IMG/VR virus record: IMGVR_UViG_3300034520_000200
Location: 22,066-86,065 of that record
Reading direction: 5' to 3' (one strand)
DNA: 64,000 bases
Origin: a virus
Translations under genes and position numbers: made by a program
Shown: positions 37,492 to 47,637 of the stretch, in pieces
Layout of the letters: every line of letters begins with the position of its first letter
Numbering within the stretch: position 1 is the stretch's first letter
The notes under the pieces: generated by a model
Database searches by the model: none
The model's input: only the letters and a program-made list of their open reading frames with translations
Told to the model about the DNA's origin: nothing

Positions 37492-38925
37492 ATGGCTCAA
37501 CTGAAATCTGGCACGACTATAGGTGGTAATGTAGCATTTCATACAGGGAATCTTACATCTGCTAACATAGGTTCAATCACATATGCTGCAGCAACAGGTT
37601 CAGCAAATGCTTATACTGTAACTTTAAATCCAGCACCAACTTCATTAGTTGAAGGTCTTTGCGTTGCAGTAAAAATAAATGTTGACAACACTGGGGCAAG
37701 TACGTTAAATGTTAATGGTTTGGGGGCAAAACCGATTAAGAAACCAAATGGTAATGATGTAAGTGTAGGAGATTTGAAAGCTAGTAATATATATACACTG
37801 AGGTATAATGGTACTAATTTTATATTACAAAGTGTATTTCCAACAGCAACTGAAATAGGGGCAGTATCAACTTCAACATATACAGCATCTGATATTTTAG
37901 CTAAAATTAAAACTGTAGATGGTGTAAATAGTGGGTTGGATGCAGACTATGTTAGAGGGGAAGATGTAATTGAAAAGATAACTATACTTGAAAATAACTT
38001 ATCTCGTGAAATCTATGATTCTTATAGGACAAGGTTAGAATTGTATTATTCTGGATATATTTCAAGTATAAATGTTAGTAATTTTAAAGGAATGTTGTTT
38101 GATGGATTTATAAATACAAATAATATAAATTCTTCAAGCACAACTGCAGTAATAAATACAACAGATAAACTTGTAGTATGCCCTTCAAGTGGTTCAACTG
38201 AATTAATTCCTTCAAGTGTGACTCTTATAACAAACTATAATGATGCTATAGTTGCTAGAAGTGTTTCTAATATTATTGATAATAATACAAGCACAACTAT
38301 TGGTAATTCATATAGTTCAGGATATAGTGGTTATGCGATAATAACAGCAGATTTAGGTAGTTTAAAGTGTTTACAAGGAATAAAAACATATGGGACATAT
38401 ACATCATCAGGTATTACTGATATATCATTATCACCGAACAATTCTTTATGGCTTGTTGGTAGTTGTATTCATGGTTTTAGTTTTGATAGTACTTATAGTT
38501 GGAAATCGACGACTTGGGATTATGCAGTAACAAGTAGATATGTTAAATTCAAATTTTTTATTAATAAAGGAAACTCTGGGTATTTAGCTGAGTTTAGAGT
38601 TTTAACTGCTACACCAAGTAGTTCTGTTTTACAAACGGTACAAAAAACGCTAGATACTACTGTGAGCAAAGCAGTTCTTTATATAACTTATTATACACCA
38701 AGCGGAAGTAGTATTACTCCTCAAGTTTCAAATAATGGTGGAACTACATTTAAAACGGCTACTCTTGAATCAAGTCAGCAAGATACATTCGACAGTTTTT
38801 ATACAGAAAGTAAATACAATGTTACTTTTGATACTACTGATAATAGAATTATTTTAAAAATATTATTAAATGCTTCTGGGCAAAGCTCACCAATTATCAA
38901 AAGATACTGTTTATATTGGTTATAA
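37492..38925 (+). CDS. tail fibre / receptor-binding protein with discoidin-like C-terminal domain
   Basis: GSANAYTVTL.PA...NTGASTLNVNGLGAKPI, SGLDAD, ITADLG...RYVKF motifs. Confidence 0.8.
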   Translation: MAQLKSGTTIGGNVAFHTGNLTSANIGSITYAAATGSANAYTVTLNPAPTSLVEGLCVAVKINVDNTGASTLNVNGLGAKPIKKPNGNDVSVGDLKASNIYTLRYNGTNFILQSVFPTATEIGAVSTSTYTASDILAKIKTVDGVNSGLDADYVRGEDVIEKITILENNLSREIYDSYRTRLELYYSGYISSINVSNFKGMLFDGFINTNNINSSSTTAVINTTDKLVVCPSSGSTELIPSSVTLITNYNDAIVARSVSNIIDNNTSTTIGNSYSSGYSGYAIITADLGSLKCLQGIKTYGTYTSSGITDISLSPNNSLWLVGSCIHGFSFDSTYSWKSTTWDYAVTSRYVKFKFFINKGNSGYLAEFRVLTATPSSSVLQTVQKTLDTTVSKAVLYITYYTPSGSSITPQVSNNGGTTFKTATLESSQQDTFDSFYTESKYNVTFDTTDNRIILKILLNASGQSSPIIKRYCLYWL

Positions 38926-38937
38926 GGAGGTAATTTT

Positions 38938-39087
38938 ATGCCTGAAATACGAAAAGACGGTGATATTTATTATTTTGAGAAAACTGAACAAGAAAAACAA
39001 GAGCGTATACACAAAGAGGAACTTCAACAGCGTATAATGGATTTAGAAATGGCTATTGCTGCTATTCTTGGGGGTGCAGTTCAATGA
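38938..39087 (+). CDS. 49-aa XkdW-like fibre-associated coiled-coil peptide (not in ORF track)
   Basis: Translated by hand MPEIRKDG...ELQQRIMDLEMAIAAILGGAVQ; AAGGAGG SD. Confidence 0.7.
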   Translation: MPEIRKDGDIYYFEKTEQEKQERIHKEELQQRIMDLEMAIAAILGGAVQ

Positions 39088-39224
39088 TGCCTGCATGGAA
39101 GAAAAATATTTTCGTAAGAGTAATTCAATATCGTGTGGCAGAAGAAGGTCGGACTGTTGAGGAAATCCTAGCTGAATATCCTACATTGACACAAGACGAA
39201 AAGGATGAAATAAAAAAGCAATAG
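39084..39224 (+). CDS. 46-aa XkdX-like peptide (not in ORF track)
   Basis: Translated by hand MMPAWKKNIFVRVIQYRVAEEGRTVEEILAEYPTLTQDEKDEIKKQ; ATGA overlap with previous stop. Confidence 0.65.
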   Translation: MMPAWKKNIFVRVIQYRVAEEGRTVEEILAEYPTLTQDEKDEIKKQ

Positions 39225-39251
39225 AAAATTAATTTTAAATTTAAGGAGGTT

Positions 39252-40241
39252 ATGAAATTGAATATTCAACGTCCACTTGGAGTTATTCCGTCACGACCTG
39301 ATTATCGTGATTATAGACTTAATCAATTTACTGATATTGAAAAAACATTTCCAGATTATTATTTAGTCCCTCCATATCAAAATGAGGAAGATATACCTGT
39401 ATATGATCAAGGGTATACTTCTATGTGTGTTGCATTTACAGGTGCATCAATTACTGAACAACAAGAATACTTAGAGACATCTAAATTTAGAAGGGTATCT
39501 CCTGGTTGGATTTACGGCAATAGAACTTCAGGTATGTATCTAGGAGAAGGTATGGAGCCTCGAGAGGCATGGGCGCAACTTTGTAAAGATGGTGTTCCCG
39601 AATATGAAGATTTACCTGTCATTGGTTCTTTTACTGAATGTTATGAAGCTGTTTATAAAAATAAAGACAGGCTTTTGAAGAAAGCACAAAATTACAAAAA
39701 ACTTTCTTATGTAGCAGTTAATTGGAAAGACGCTGATGAAATAAGAACAGCTATAATGAAATGTGGTGCAATTAATGTTTGTATAGCAGTATATAAAGAC
39801 TTTGATGAAGTAGGTAAAGACGGATTTCTTACTTCAAGTACTAAGGGTAGTATTAGAGGGTATCACTCTCTTACCTGTGTTGGATTTTTTACTAAAAATA
39901 ACAAAGTGTATTTAATAATCTTAAACTCTTGGGGCAAAGAATGGGGTAAAAATGGATTATGCTATATGCCATATGATTACCGTGGAATTCAAGAGGTGTG
40001 GGCTATAACAGATATGCAAAGAAGAGTGATTGAAGCAAACATAGCTCCACTAATAATTCCTCCTGGTCATTTTGTAATACCGTTTAGAGGTTTGTTTGAG
40101 GCAGAAAATGCTGAGCAAATAAATTGGTGGTATAATGAAAAAAGAAAGATAGAAGCTGAAGCAATACTTCCTGCGACTAAAAGACGTAGAATTCATGTAA
40201 TTGAGGGCGAGAAAGACATCATAGTTGAATATCTTGAATGA
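39252..40241 (+). CDS. papain-like (C1A) cysteine peptidase with C-terminal Cu-amine-oxidase-N-like domain
   Basis: DQG...MCVAF, GYHS, NSWG..WG..G catalytic motifs; AP.I...G...IPFR..FEA tail. Confidence 0.88.
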   Translation: MKLNIQRPLGVIPSRPDYRDYRLNQFTDIEKTFPDYYLVPPYQNEEDIPVYDQGYTSMCVAFTGASITEQQEYLETSKFRRVSPGWIYGNRTSGMYLGEGMEPREAWAQLCKDGVPEYEDLPVIGSFTECYEAVYKNKDRLLKKAQNYKKLSYVAVNWKDADEIRTAIMKCGAINVCIAVYKDFDEVGKDGFLTSSTKGSIRGYHSLTCVGFFTKNNKVYLIILNSWGKEWGKNGLCYMPYDYRGIQEVWAITDMQRRVIEANIAPLIIPPGHFVIPFRGLFEAENAEQINWWYNEKRKIEAEAILPATKRRRIHVIEGEKDIIVEYLE

Positions 40242-40251
40242 GGTGTATAAA

Positions 40252-40968
40252 ATGTTTATTATAATAGATGCAGGACATGGTGGTGTAGATCCTGGGGCTA
40301 TTGGCCCCCAGGGTCTAAAAGAAAAAGATGTAAATTTATCAATAGCATTAAAGTTAGGACGCAAATTATCTGTTTGTGGAGTCAAAATTGATTATACAAG
40401 AGTTGAAGACGACCCTCATTTTCCTACAGATGAAAGAGAAAATTTAGCAAAAAGAGTAAGTATCGCAAATACGGCAAAAGCAGACTTTTTCGTAAGTATA
40501 CATTGTAATGGAAATGTCGAAAGTAATGCAAATGGAATAGAAACTTATTGTTGGAAACTTGGTGGTGAAGCTGAAAAATTAGCAAAATCAGTTCAAGAAA
40601 ATTTAGTAAAAGCTACTGGGTTAAAAAATAGAGGAGTAAAAACTGCTAATTTTTACGTAATTAAATATACTTTAATGCCTGCAATTCTTGTAGAGACAGC
40701 ATTTATAACTAATCCCATTGAAGAAAAATTATTAAGTTCAGACGAATTTAGAGACAAATTAGCATGTTCTATAACTAAAGGAATATGTGAATATCTTAAA
40801 ATCAAGTATATAGATGAAAATACTTTTCAAGACGTCAGTTCTTGGGCTTTAGAAGCTTGGAAATGGGGAATTGAAGACGGAATTATTGATGGAATAGGAC
40901 CTAAAAGAATACCTACAAGAGAAGAAATTGTAACTATGTTATATAGATACAAAATGCTAAATAAATAA
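40252..40968 (+). CDS. N-acetylmuramoyl-L-alanine amidase (Amidase_3) endolysin with SLH-like tail
   Basis: IDAGHGG.DPGA, EKD.NL, SIHCN, PAILVETAFITN, WA..A..W....GIIDG..P....TREE (ORF track start 40225). Confidence 0.93.
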   Translation: MFIIIDAGHGGVDPGAIGPQGLKEKDVNLSIALKLGRKLSVCGVKIDYTRVEDDPHFPTDERENLAKRVSIANTAKADFFVSIHCNGNVESNANGIETYCWKLGGEAEKLAKSVQENLVKATGLKNRGVKTANFYVIKYTLMPAILVETAFITNPIEEKLLSSDEFRDKLACSITKGICEYLKIKYIDENTFQDVSSWALEAWKWGIEDGIIDGIGPKRIPTREEIVTMLYRYKMLNK

Positions 40969-40993
40969 TTTACTGAAAGTGAGGTAATGCCTC

Positions 40994-41422
40994 ATGGATC
41001 CAGAAAGAGAACAATCATTAATAACTGATGTTGAAGTCTTAAAAAATAATTATTCAAGATTAGAAAAAACAGTTGAAGATGGTTTTAAAGAAGCAAGAGA
41101 AATGTTAATTGAAGAAAGACGAAGAACTAATGGCAGTTTAGACAAAATTGCTAAAAACATAGAAAATATCTATGATAAGATAGAAGATATGAAAAACGAT
41201 ATTACTAATAAATTTGAAGCCCTTAAAAATGAAGTTATTGAAATTAAATTAAATCAAGTTAAAAAAGATGTTGAAACAGAAAATATACAAAAAGATGTTA
41301 GTAAAAATGAAGATTCTTTAAAAGAACATGCACAATATAGTTGGAAAGATTCACTTCCAATTAATATATTATTGATTGTATTGTCATCTTTAATTACTTG
41401 GTTTATTTCTACAAAATTTTAA
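40994..41422 (+). CDS. coiled-coil protein with C-terminal TM helix (XhlA/holin-like)
   Basis: Lysis cassette position; single C-terminal hydrophobic segment. Confidence 0.6.
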   Translation: MDPEREQSLITDVEVLKNNYSRLEKTVEDGFKEAREMLIEERRRTNGSLDKIAKNIENIYDKIEDMKNDITNKFEALKNEVIEIKLNQVKKDVETENIQKDVSKNEDSLKEHAQYSWKDSLPINILLIVLSSLITWFISTKF

Positions 41423-41450
41423 TTAAATAAAATCAAAATAAAAGAGGTGT

Positions 41451-41888
41451 TTGAAAGTGGAATTAACTCCTATTCAACAGTTATTAATTCAGTCAGTAAT
41501 GCCTATTGTTGGAACTTTAATAAGTACCTTGTTAACTGTGCTTCTTGGATATTTTGCATCTTATATGAAACAAAAATATCAAAATGAAAAAATACAAGAA
41601 GCAATTCAAATTACAGAAAATGCAGCTTATGATGTAGTTATGGGACTTGAACAGACTGTTGTTAGTGATTTATTGAAGGCATCTTCAGATGGTAAGTTAA
41701 CAGAAGAAGATAAGATAATGTTAAAAAATAATGCTTTAGTTACTTTAAAATCTAGAATTAAACCTCATGTAAAAAATTCATTGCAATTAGTATATGATAA
41801 TTTAGATAAATATTTTGAAGATTTACTTGAAACAACAGTAAAAGAAGTTAAAACTGAATATCCTAGAAAAAACACAAATAAAATTTAA
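41451..41888 (+). CDS. holin (LL-H-like)
   Basis: N-terminal TM, A...V...EQ, DGKLT.E.K, LE..V pattern. Confidence 0.7.
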   Translation: MKVELTPIQQLLIQSVMPIVGTLISTLLTVLLGYFASYMKQKYQNEKIQEAIQITENAAYDVVMGLEQTVVSDLLKASSDGKLTEEDKIMLKNNALVTLKSRIKPHVKNSLQLVYDNLDKYFEDLLETTVKEVKTEYPRKNTNKI

Positions 41889-42024
41889 AATCTAAATTTA
41901 CTCTATAGACCTTCAAATTTAAGGTATATATTTTTATTATTAAAATGGATAAAAAATTAAAATAGAGCCTAACTAGAAGCTCTAGACAGGGTTATATAAC
42001 ATGCACACCACCTCAACTATATAC

Positions 42025-42068
42025 AAAAACCGAGAAACATCTCAGATCGAGAATGTTTCTCGGTTTTT
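42025..42068. terminator. bidirectional-type terminator ending the late operon
   Basis: aaaaaccgagaaacat / atgtttctcggttttt 16-bp inverted repeat. Confidence 0.8.
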
Positions 42069-42084
42069 ATTTTTATCGAATTTG

Positions 42085-42093
42085 TGATATAAT
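42085..42093 (+). promoter_or_regulatory. extended -10 (TGATATAAT) upstream of helicase
   Basis: TGnTATAAT consensus; same element at 45224, 56670, 57743, 60325 upstream of genes. Confidence 0.55.
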
Positions 42094-42107
42094 TATAAAC
42101 GAAAGAG

Positions 42108-43535
42108 GTGGTATTTATGATAAAAATTTCTATCGATAATAGACTAAGATTTAAAAAAGATGAAATCGATCATGAAGTTTTTAAATTTATACGTGAACAA
42201 TTCCTTCATAAAAATCCAGAATATTTTATTAAAAGAAATATGGGATTTAATGTAAGAGGAATTCCAGAAGTTATATCTACAATATATGTCAAAAAAAATG
42301 AAGTAACATTACCAAGAGGTGGGATAAGAAAATTAGTAAATATTTTAAAAGAAAATAACATAGAATATTCTATTGATGATAAAAGAATTGAAAAACCACT
42401 TGAAAAGCCTCTTAAATTTCAAATGAAAATTGAAGGAAAATTATTAGAACCTGATAAATTCCAAAAAAAACAGATTTTAAATGCAGTTATTAAACAACAA
42501 GGTGTTTTAGTGACTCCAACTGCAGGTGGTAAAACTGTTATTATGTCTTTAATAATTGAGAAAATTCAGCAAAAGACTCTGATTATACTTCATACTACTA
42601 AATTACTTAATCAATGGATAAACTTTTTAAGTGAAGCATTTAACATACCTAAAAGTGAAATCGGAATAATAGGCGGAGGAAAATTTATAATTAAACCAAT
42701 TACAGTTGGTTTAGTTCAAAGTATTCACAAAAAAATTGATAAAATCAAAAATGAATTTGGTTGTATAATGTTAGATGAATGTCATCATGCTCCTTCTACT
42801 ACATTTCTTAATTCAATAGACAATATGCCTGCTAAATATCGGTTCGGATGTACTGGTACTGATTATAGAAAAGACAAAAAAGAGTTTTTAATGTGGGATG
42901 TATTTGGAGATGTTGTTTATAGAATTACTGATGAAAATTTGAAAGAAGTTAATAGGATACATCAAGTAAAAATCAAAGTTGTTAAAACAGAATTTGAATA
43001 TAGAGTTTTTAATGATGAAAGAGAAGAATTACAAGTAAATCCAATTGTATTGTCTAAAAAATTAGCAATGAATATAGAAAGAAATTCACTTATTTATAAG
43101 TATTTAAAACCAGAAATAGATCAAGGTCATTTCTGTATGCTTCTTACAGACAGACTAATTCACGCTCATAATTTTAAAAGATGGTTGACTAATAAAGGAA
43201 TAGATACAAAGCTTTTGATAGGAGGGAAAGAATATGAAAAAGAAGGTGAATTAGCTAAAAAAGAAATCAATGAAGGAAAATTGCATTGTATTATCGGAAT
43301 AAATCAAGCCTCTGCAGAAGGAATAAATATTCCAAGGTTGGATAGAGGATTTATAATTACTCCGTCAGCAAGTAACAAAGTAAAAATTATACAACAAATT
43401 GGAAGATTTAAAAGAAAACATCCAGACAAAAAAGATGCTATTGTATATTATTTTTGGGATTACAAAATGTATCCAAAACATGATAAACTGATTATTAAGT
43501 ATTTTGGAAAAGAAAATGTCGAATTTATAAATTGA
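42108..43535 (+). CDS. superfamily 2 DExH helicase (probable start ATG 42117)
   Basis: PTAGGKT, DECHH, TGT, EGINIP, QQIGR motifs. Confidence 0.92.
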   Translation: MVFMIKISIDNRLRFKKDEIDHEVFKFIREQFLHKNPEYFIKRNMGFNVRGIPEVISTIYVKKNEVTLPRGGIRKLVNILKENNIEYSIDDKRIEKPLEKPLKFQMKIEGKLLEPDKFQKKQILNAVIKQQGVLVTPTAGGKTVIMSLIIEKIQQKTLIILHTTKLLNQWINFLSEAFNIPKSEIGIIGGGKFIIKPITVGLVQSIHKKIDKIKNEFGCIMLDECHHAPSTTFLNSIDNMPAKYRFGCTGTDYRKDKKEFLMWDVFGDVVYRITDENLKEVNRIHQVKIKVVKTEFEYRVFNDEREELQVNPIVLSKKLAMNIERNSLIYKYLKPEIDQGHFCMLLTDRLIHAHNFKRWLTNKGIDTKLLIGGKEYEKEGELAKKEINEGKLHCIIGINQASAEGINIPRLDRGFIITPSASNKVKIIQQIGRFKRKHPDKKDAIVYYFWDYKMYPKHDKLIIKYFGKENVEFIN

Positions 43536-43958
43536 TTGTATAAATATACACATCAATTTATAAAAAATAAAAAGCTTCTTAAATGAAGCTTTTACCTTTC
43601 TAAAGCCTCTGAAATTCTTCAAGTATCTTCAATAATCTACAAAACTTTCTATGCTTCTGCGGAAGTAAATATTATATAATATAGAGATATTAAGCTTCTT
43701 TATACTCTATAATATATTAAATATATATAACACAGCCCTCCAAAACTCTCAAATTTAATTATATCAACAAAAGTCACTTTTTTAACGCTTCAGAGGCAAA
43801 TTTAGGTAGTTGACGACAAAAATATTTTATTCAAATTTTTTTCTAATGATTATATAAATTCGCGTTAAAATTTTTTTTTAAAGTATCGTAAGTATATTGT
43901 TGTTAACAAGTTTAAATTTTTTGATAAAATTATAATCGCTAATATTGGAGGTTAATAT

Positions 43959-44536
43959 ATGAACGGAGTTAGAAAAGTAAAGAAGATAAGAAAATCAAAA
44001 AAACTAAGTGCTTTAGATATAATAAAAAATGTAGAGGATGGTGAAATGGATACTAAAAGACTTAGAAAAGAAACTTTAGAAGCTAAAAAAATTCTAAACG
44101 AAAAACAAGTACTTTTGAAAAGTGGAAAAATAAAGATATCGAAAAGTGGACAGCTACTGACTTTTTTGGTTGGTATTTATACAACTACAAAAAATATTTT
44201 AATGAGGAAGATGTAGTATATTCAAATATAACTTCAGCAAGTAGTGTAAAAGTTGAGATTTATAGAATTGCATATTTTTTAAAGACATATTTTAACGGAG
44301 ATAAAAAACAGTTTAAAAAATATATACAATTTGGTTTTAAATTTGCAACACAACCTAATTCGTTTTATACATCATTTGGTTTTTGGTATTTGTTTAATAA
44401 AAAGTTATTTTTGTTTAAAGTTTATAAAGATTATTTGAAAGGTAAAAAAGTTTTTAAAAGATCTGAAATGGATAATGATTTTTCTACTGATGAAGCTTGG
44501 GAAGAATATTATGGTGGTGAAATTGATGAGGACTAA
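43959..44536 (+). CDS. putative replication initiator-like gene interrupted by a frameshift near the A7 run 44085-44091
   Basis: Frame 0 ends 44216; the -1 frame is open from ~44087 to TAA 44536 (TSTFEKWKNKDIEKWTATDFFGWYLYNY...EAWEEYYGGEIDED) and overlaps the loader start. Confidence 0.6.
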
Positions 44537-45170
44537 AAAAACATTAAGTGATAGTGAAATTAAAAAATACTCAGTTTATAATTTGCCAAAGAAATTTATT
44601 AAATCTACGTTAGATGATTTTAAAATTATTGGTGACACTACAGAAATTAGGCAACATAATACTATTTGTTTTAAAAGATTTAAAAATTATATGAACAATT
44701 TAGATGTTAATTTAGAATGTGGAAGAGGATTAGCAATTTGTGGTCCAGTTGGAGTTGGAAAAACAATGCTTATGACAATTTTAGCTAAAGAAATAATAAA
44801 AATTTTCGACAGACATAATTTTGAACTTAATAATGCAGCAAATAAATTTTATTTCATACAAGCTAGTCGTTTATATGATTTAGCAAATAGACAAGGATTA
44901 AATGAAGATGATTTAAATATCAGAAATTCAATCAAAGATTTATCTGGTTTATGGATAGACGATTTAACAAAATTTGGGGAGACAGGCAAAGGAAATGAAT
45001 TAATTTATCTTGATGATATTATTCGCTATCGTGATTTGAATGTTCTTCCAACGTTTTATACAATTCAAGTTCCATTTAAGTTGATATCAAAAGTTTTGTC
45101 AATTCCGATTTATGATATAATAAGAGGTAATTGTGAAGTAATTGAATTTCGTGGTAAGTCGATGAGGTGA
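44526..45170 (+). CDS. DnaC/IstB-like AAA+ helicase loader
   Basis: GRGLAICGPVGVGKT Walker A, LWIDDL Walker B, IIRYR...LPT, G.S.R end (ORF track start 44475). Confidence 0.85.
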   Translation: MRTKKTLSDSEIKKYSVYNLPKKFIKSTLDDFKIIGDTTEIRQHNTICFKRFKNYMNNLDVNLECGRGLAICGPVGVGKTMLMTILAKEIIKIFDRHNFELNNAANKFYFIQASRLYDLANRQGLNEDDLNIRNSIKDLSGLWIDDLTKFGETGKGNELIYLDDIIRYRDLNVLPTFYTIQVPFKLISKVLSIPIYDIIRGNCEVIEFRGKSMR

Positions 45171-45250
45171 TATAGTATATGTATAGGTTGCAATTTTCTT
45201 ACAGTTTAAAAATGTTCGTAAGTTGATATAATTAAAGCTGATGATATTTT

Positions 45251-45577
45251 TTGGGAGGGTTTATTATGAATCTTTTACATGTTCCATCTGTAGATGTATC
45301 ACAAAATTCAAGTTGTTCTAGTTTAAGTGCAAATTTATATACTGTAGCAGATACAAATAATAAAACTAAATGTGGTTTTAGTCATCTTTATAATGTTATT
45401 GCAGTTGACAAAAACGGAAAGATTATTATTGATACGAAAATAGTTGCTGATGACACTGAACAAGCAAAATATTATGCTAGAGTATATTCTAAAATGGAAG
45501 AGTTAGGTTTAACTTTTGACGACATAACAATAATCACAAATTATATTGGGGATGTCAAAATTAAGAAAGAAAAGTAA
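45251..45577 (+). CDS. hypothetical protein (probable start ATG 45266)
   Basis: ORF track; GGGAGG SD. Confidence 0.65.
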   Translation: MGGFIMNLLHVPSVDVSQNSSCSSLSANLYTVADTNNKTKCGFSHLYNVIAVDKNGKIIIDTKIVADDTEQAKYYARVYSKMEELGLTFDDITIITNYIGDVKIKKEK

Positions 45578-46293
45578 TGGAGTTGATATTTTTGTACGTG
45601 AAGTTAATTAATTATACGTTTAATCCTGAGGAAACTGTAAATTCTGCAGCTGCAGTATGTTATAACTCAAAACCAAATGATAAAATTATAGAACATTGTT
45701 TAAAATCTAGACATTTTTCAGTACTTGAGTTTGCTGATTTCGACTTCTTAATTACTGGTATTTCAAGATCATGTAGTCATCAATTCGTAAGAAAAAGAGT
45801 TGGTATTAGTTATGCACAGCAATCTCAAAGACATGTTAAATTTGAAGAAGGATATGATGTTGTAATACCTCATACAATATCTTCAAATGAAGAGGCATTA
45901 AAAATATTTAATGATTCACATAAAAAGTCTGAGGAAAGTTACAAAAAGTTGTTAGAGATAGGTATTCCGGCTGAAGATGCAAGATATGTAATTGAAAATG
46001 CAGCAACAACTGTTATAAGAGCTAATATGAATGGCAGATGTTTGATTGATTTTGCTTCTGAAAGATTATGTAGTAAAGCTCAATGGGAAATAAGAGAATT
46101 ATTATCTAAGATTCGCGACGAAGTTTCTAAAGTTTCACCGATAATTGCTAAAAGTATGCAACCTAAATGTTATTGGTTGAAACATTGTCCAGAATCAAAA
46201 AGTTGTGGTAAATGGAGACAATTTTTAACTAAAGAAGATTTTAAGTGGATAAAGGAGGCATATGAATATATTGAAAATGTTTATGAAATATGA
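45577..46293 (+). CDS. thyX: flavin-dependent thymidylate synthase
   Basis: AAAVCY, H.SVLE, GISRSCSHQFVRKR...S..QQSQR, EDARY, N.R, RLC..AQWEIR. Confidence 0.9.
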   Translation: MELIFLYVKLINYTFNPEETVNSAAAVCYNSKPNDKIIEHCLKSRHFSVLEFADFDFLITGISRSCSHQFVRKRVGISYAQQSQRHVKFEEGYDVVIPHTISSNEEALKIFNDSHKKSEESYKKLLEIGIPAEDARYVIENAATTVIRANMNGRCLIDFASERLCSKAQWEIRELLSKIRDEVSKVSPIIAKSMQPKCYWLKHCPESKSCGKWRQFLTKEDFKWIKEAYEYIENVYEI

Positions 46294-46308
46294 TTAGGGC
46301 GTGATATT

Positions 46309-47637
46309 GTGACTAAAGAAGGGACGAAGAAAAAAGAGACAGTAATATTTGATGTTGAAAACGAACAGATAATACTTTCTCAAATGATAAAAAATGTTGC
46401 TATACGTAAACGTTGTTGCAGAGAATTAAACGAAAATCTATTTATTGGTAAACGTCATAAAATTATTTTTCGAGTCCTCTCAGAAATGGTTTCGAGAGGA
46501 CTAGATTATAATCATGATACGTTTAAGATATTATCAAATGAAGAAGATTTTGGTGGGTTCAAATATCTAAATGATCTTGAAGAAGTATTTGCTGATAATC
46601 AAAATATTGATTTTCATATACAAAGACTTAAACTTGATTCGAAGAAAATAAACTTAAAAAAAGATAAAGTTAAACAATTAAATGACGCTTTAGAAGATCC
46701 AAGTATTGATGCAAATAAATTATTTAATATTGTTGATGGTATTCAGAAAGAATTAAAAGATGTTTTTATAACTTCGAATATTTCGAAAGGGAAAGAACTT
46801 AAGAAAGAATATTTTAAAGTATTAGCTGAAAGACAAGAAGAATCAAGGTTTGTAGGAATAGGTTTTTCAATTGATGATGATTTAACTGAAGGTTTTGCAA
46901 GAAAAAAGGTATCAGTAATAGCTGCAAGGCCTTCAATGGGAAAATCAACATTTGCAGCAAATATTTGTGATAACTTAAGAAAGTTTAAAGTACCAACATT
47001 AGTTTTACCATTAGAAATGGGTAAGGAAAGTTTTATAGATTTAGTTGTTTCAAAAAGAACAAAAATTCCGTTAAATGATATAATTAAAAATACAAAAGAT
47101 TTAACACGAGATCAGAAGATACTTATTCAAAAAGAAGTAACTGAATTGCTGGATGATGAATATTTACATTTTATAGATGATACTTCAATAAAACTTAATG
47201 ATTTAAGGACGATTTTAAATAATTCAAATTATGCTGTATGTATAATTGATCTATTTGAAAAAATTTCAGATATTAGTTTTGAACCTAAAATCTTATCAAA
47301 TCAGTTGAAACAGATACAGTCTATTGCTAAAGAATCAAATACACATATTTGTCTTTTAGCACAAATCAGAAGATTTGATCCCAAGTCAAAAGAAAAAAGA
47401 CCTACATTAGAAATGTTAAAAAACTCAGGTTCATATGAGGAAGTTGCTGACTTGATTTTATTATTACATCGAGAATTTTATTATAAACCTGAATTAGGGC
47501 AAGATGTATTAGAAGTAATAATAGCTAAACAAAGACTTGGTGTAAGAAACAAATCTTATTTTTATGAATTTTATCCAAATATAGCTACAATAAGTAAAGA
47601 ACTAACTGATTATGTTCCGCTAGGAGATGTATTTTAA
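46309..47637 (+). CDS. dnaB: replicative DNA helicase
   Basis: AARPSMGKS, LEM, LAQI.R, RPTL..LK.SG..E..AD, IIAKQR.G. Confidence 0.92.
   Translation: MTKEGTKKKETVIFDVENEQIILSQMIKNVAIRKRCCRELNENLFIGKRHKIIFRVLSEMVSRGLDYNHDTFKILSNEEDFGGFKYLNDLEEVFADNQNIDFHIQRLKLDSKKINLKKDKVKQLNDALEDPSIDANKLFNIVDGIQKELKDVFITSNISKGKELKKEYFKVLAERQEESRFVGIGFSIDDDLTEGFARKKVSVIAARPSMGKSTFAANICDNLRKFKVPTLVLPLEMGKESFIDLVVSKRTKIPLNDIIKNTKDLTRDQKILIQKEVTELLDDEYLHFIDDTSIKLNDLRTILNNSNYAVCIIDLFEKISDISFEPKILSNQLKQIQSIAKESNTHICLLAQIRRFDPKSKEKRPTLEMLKNSGSYEEVADLILLLHREFYYKPELGQDVLEVIIAKQRLGVRNKSYFYEFYPNIATISKELTDYVPLGDVF

Noticed and set aside
29108-38925. Diversity-generating retroelement targeting fibre genes
   Set aside because: No reverse transcriptase and no adenine-specific TR/VR repeat pair noticed in the window
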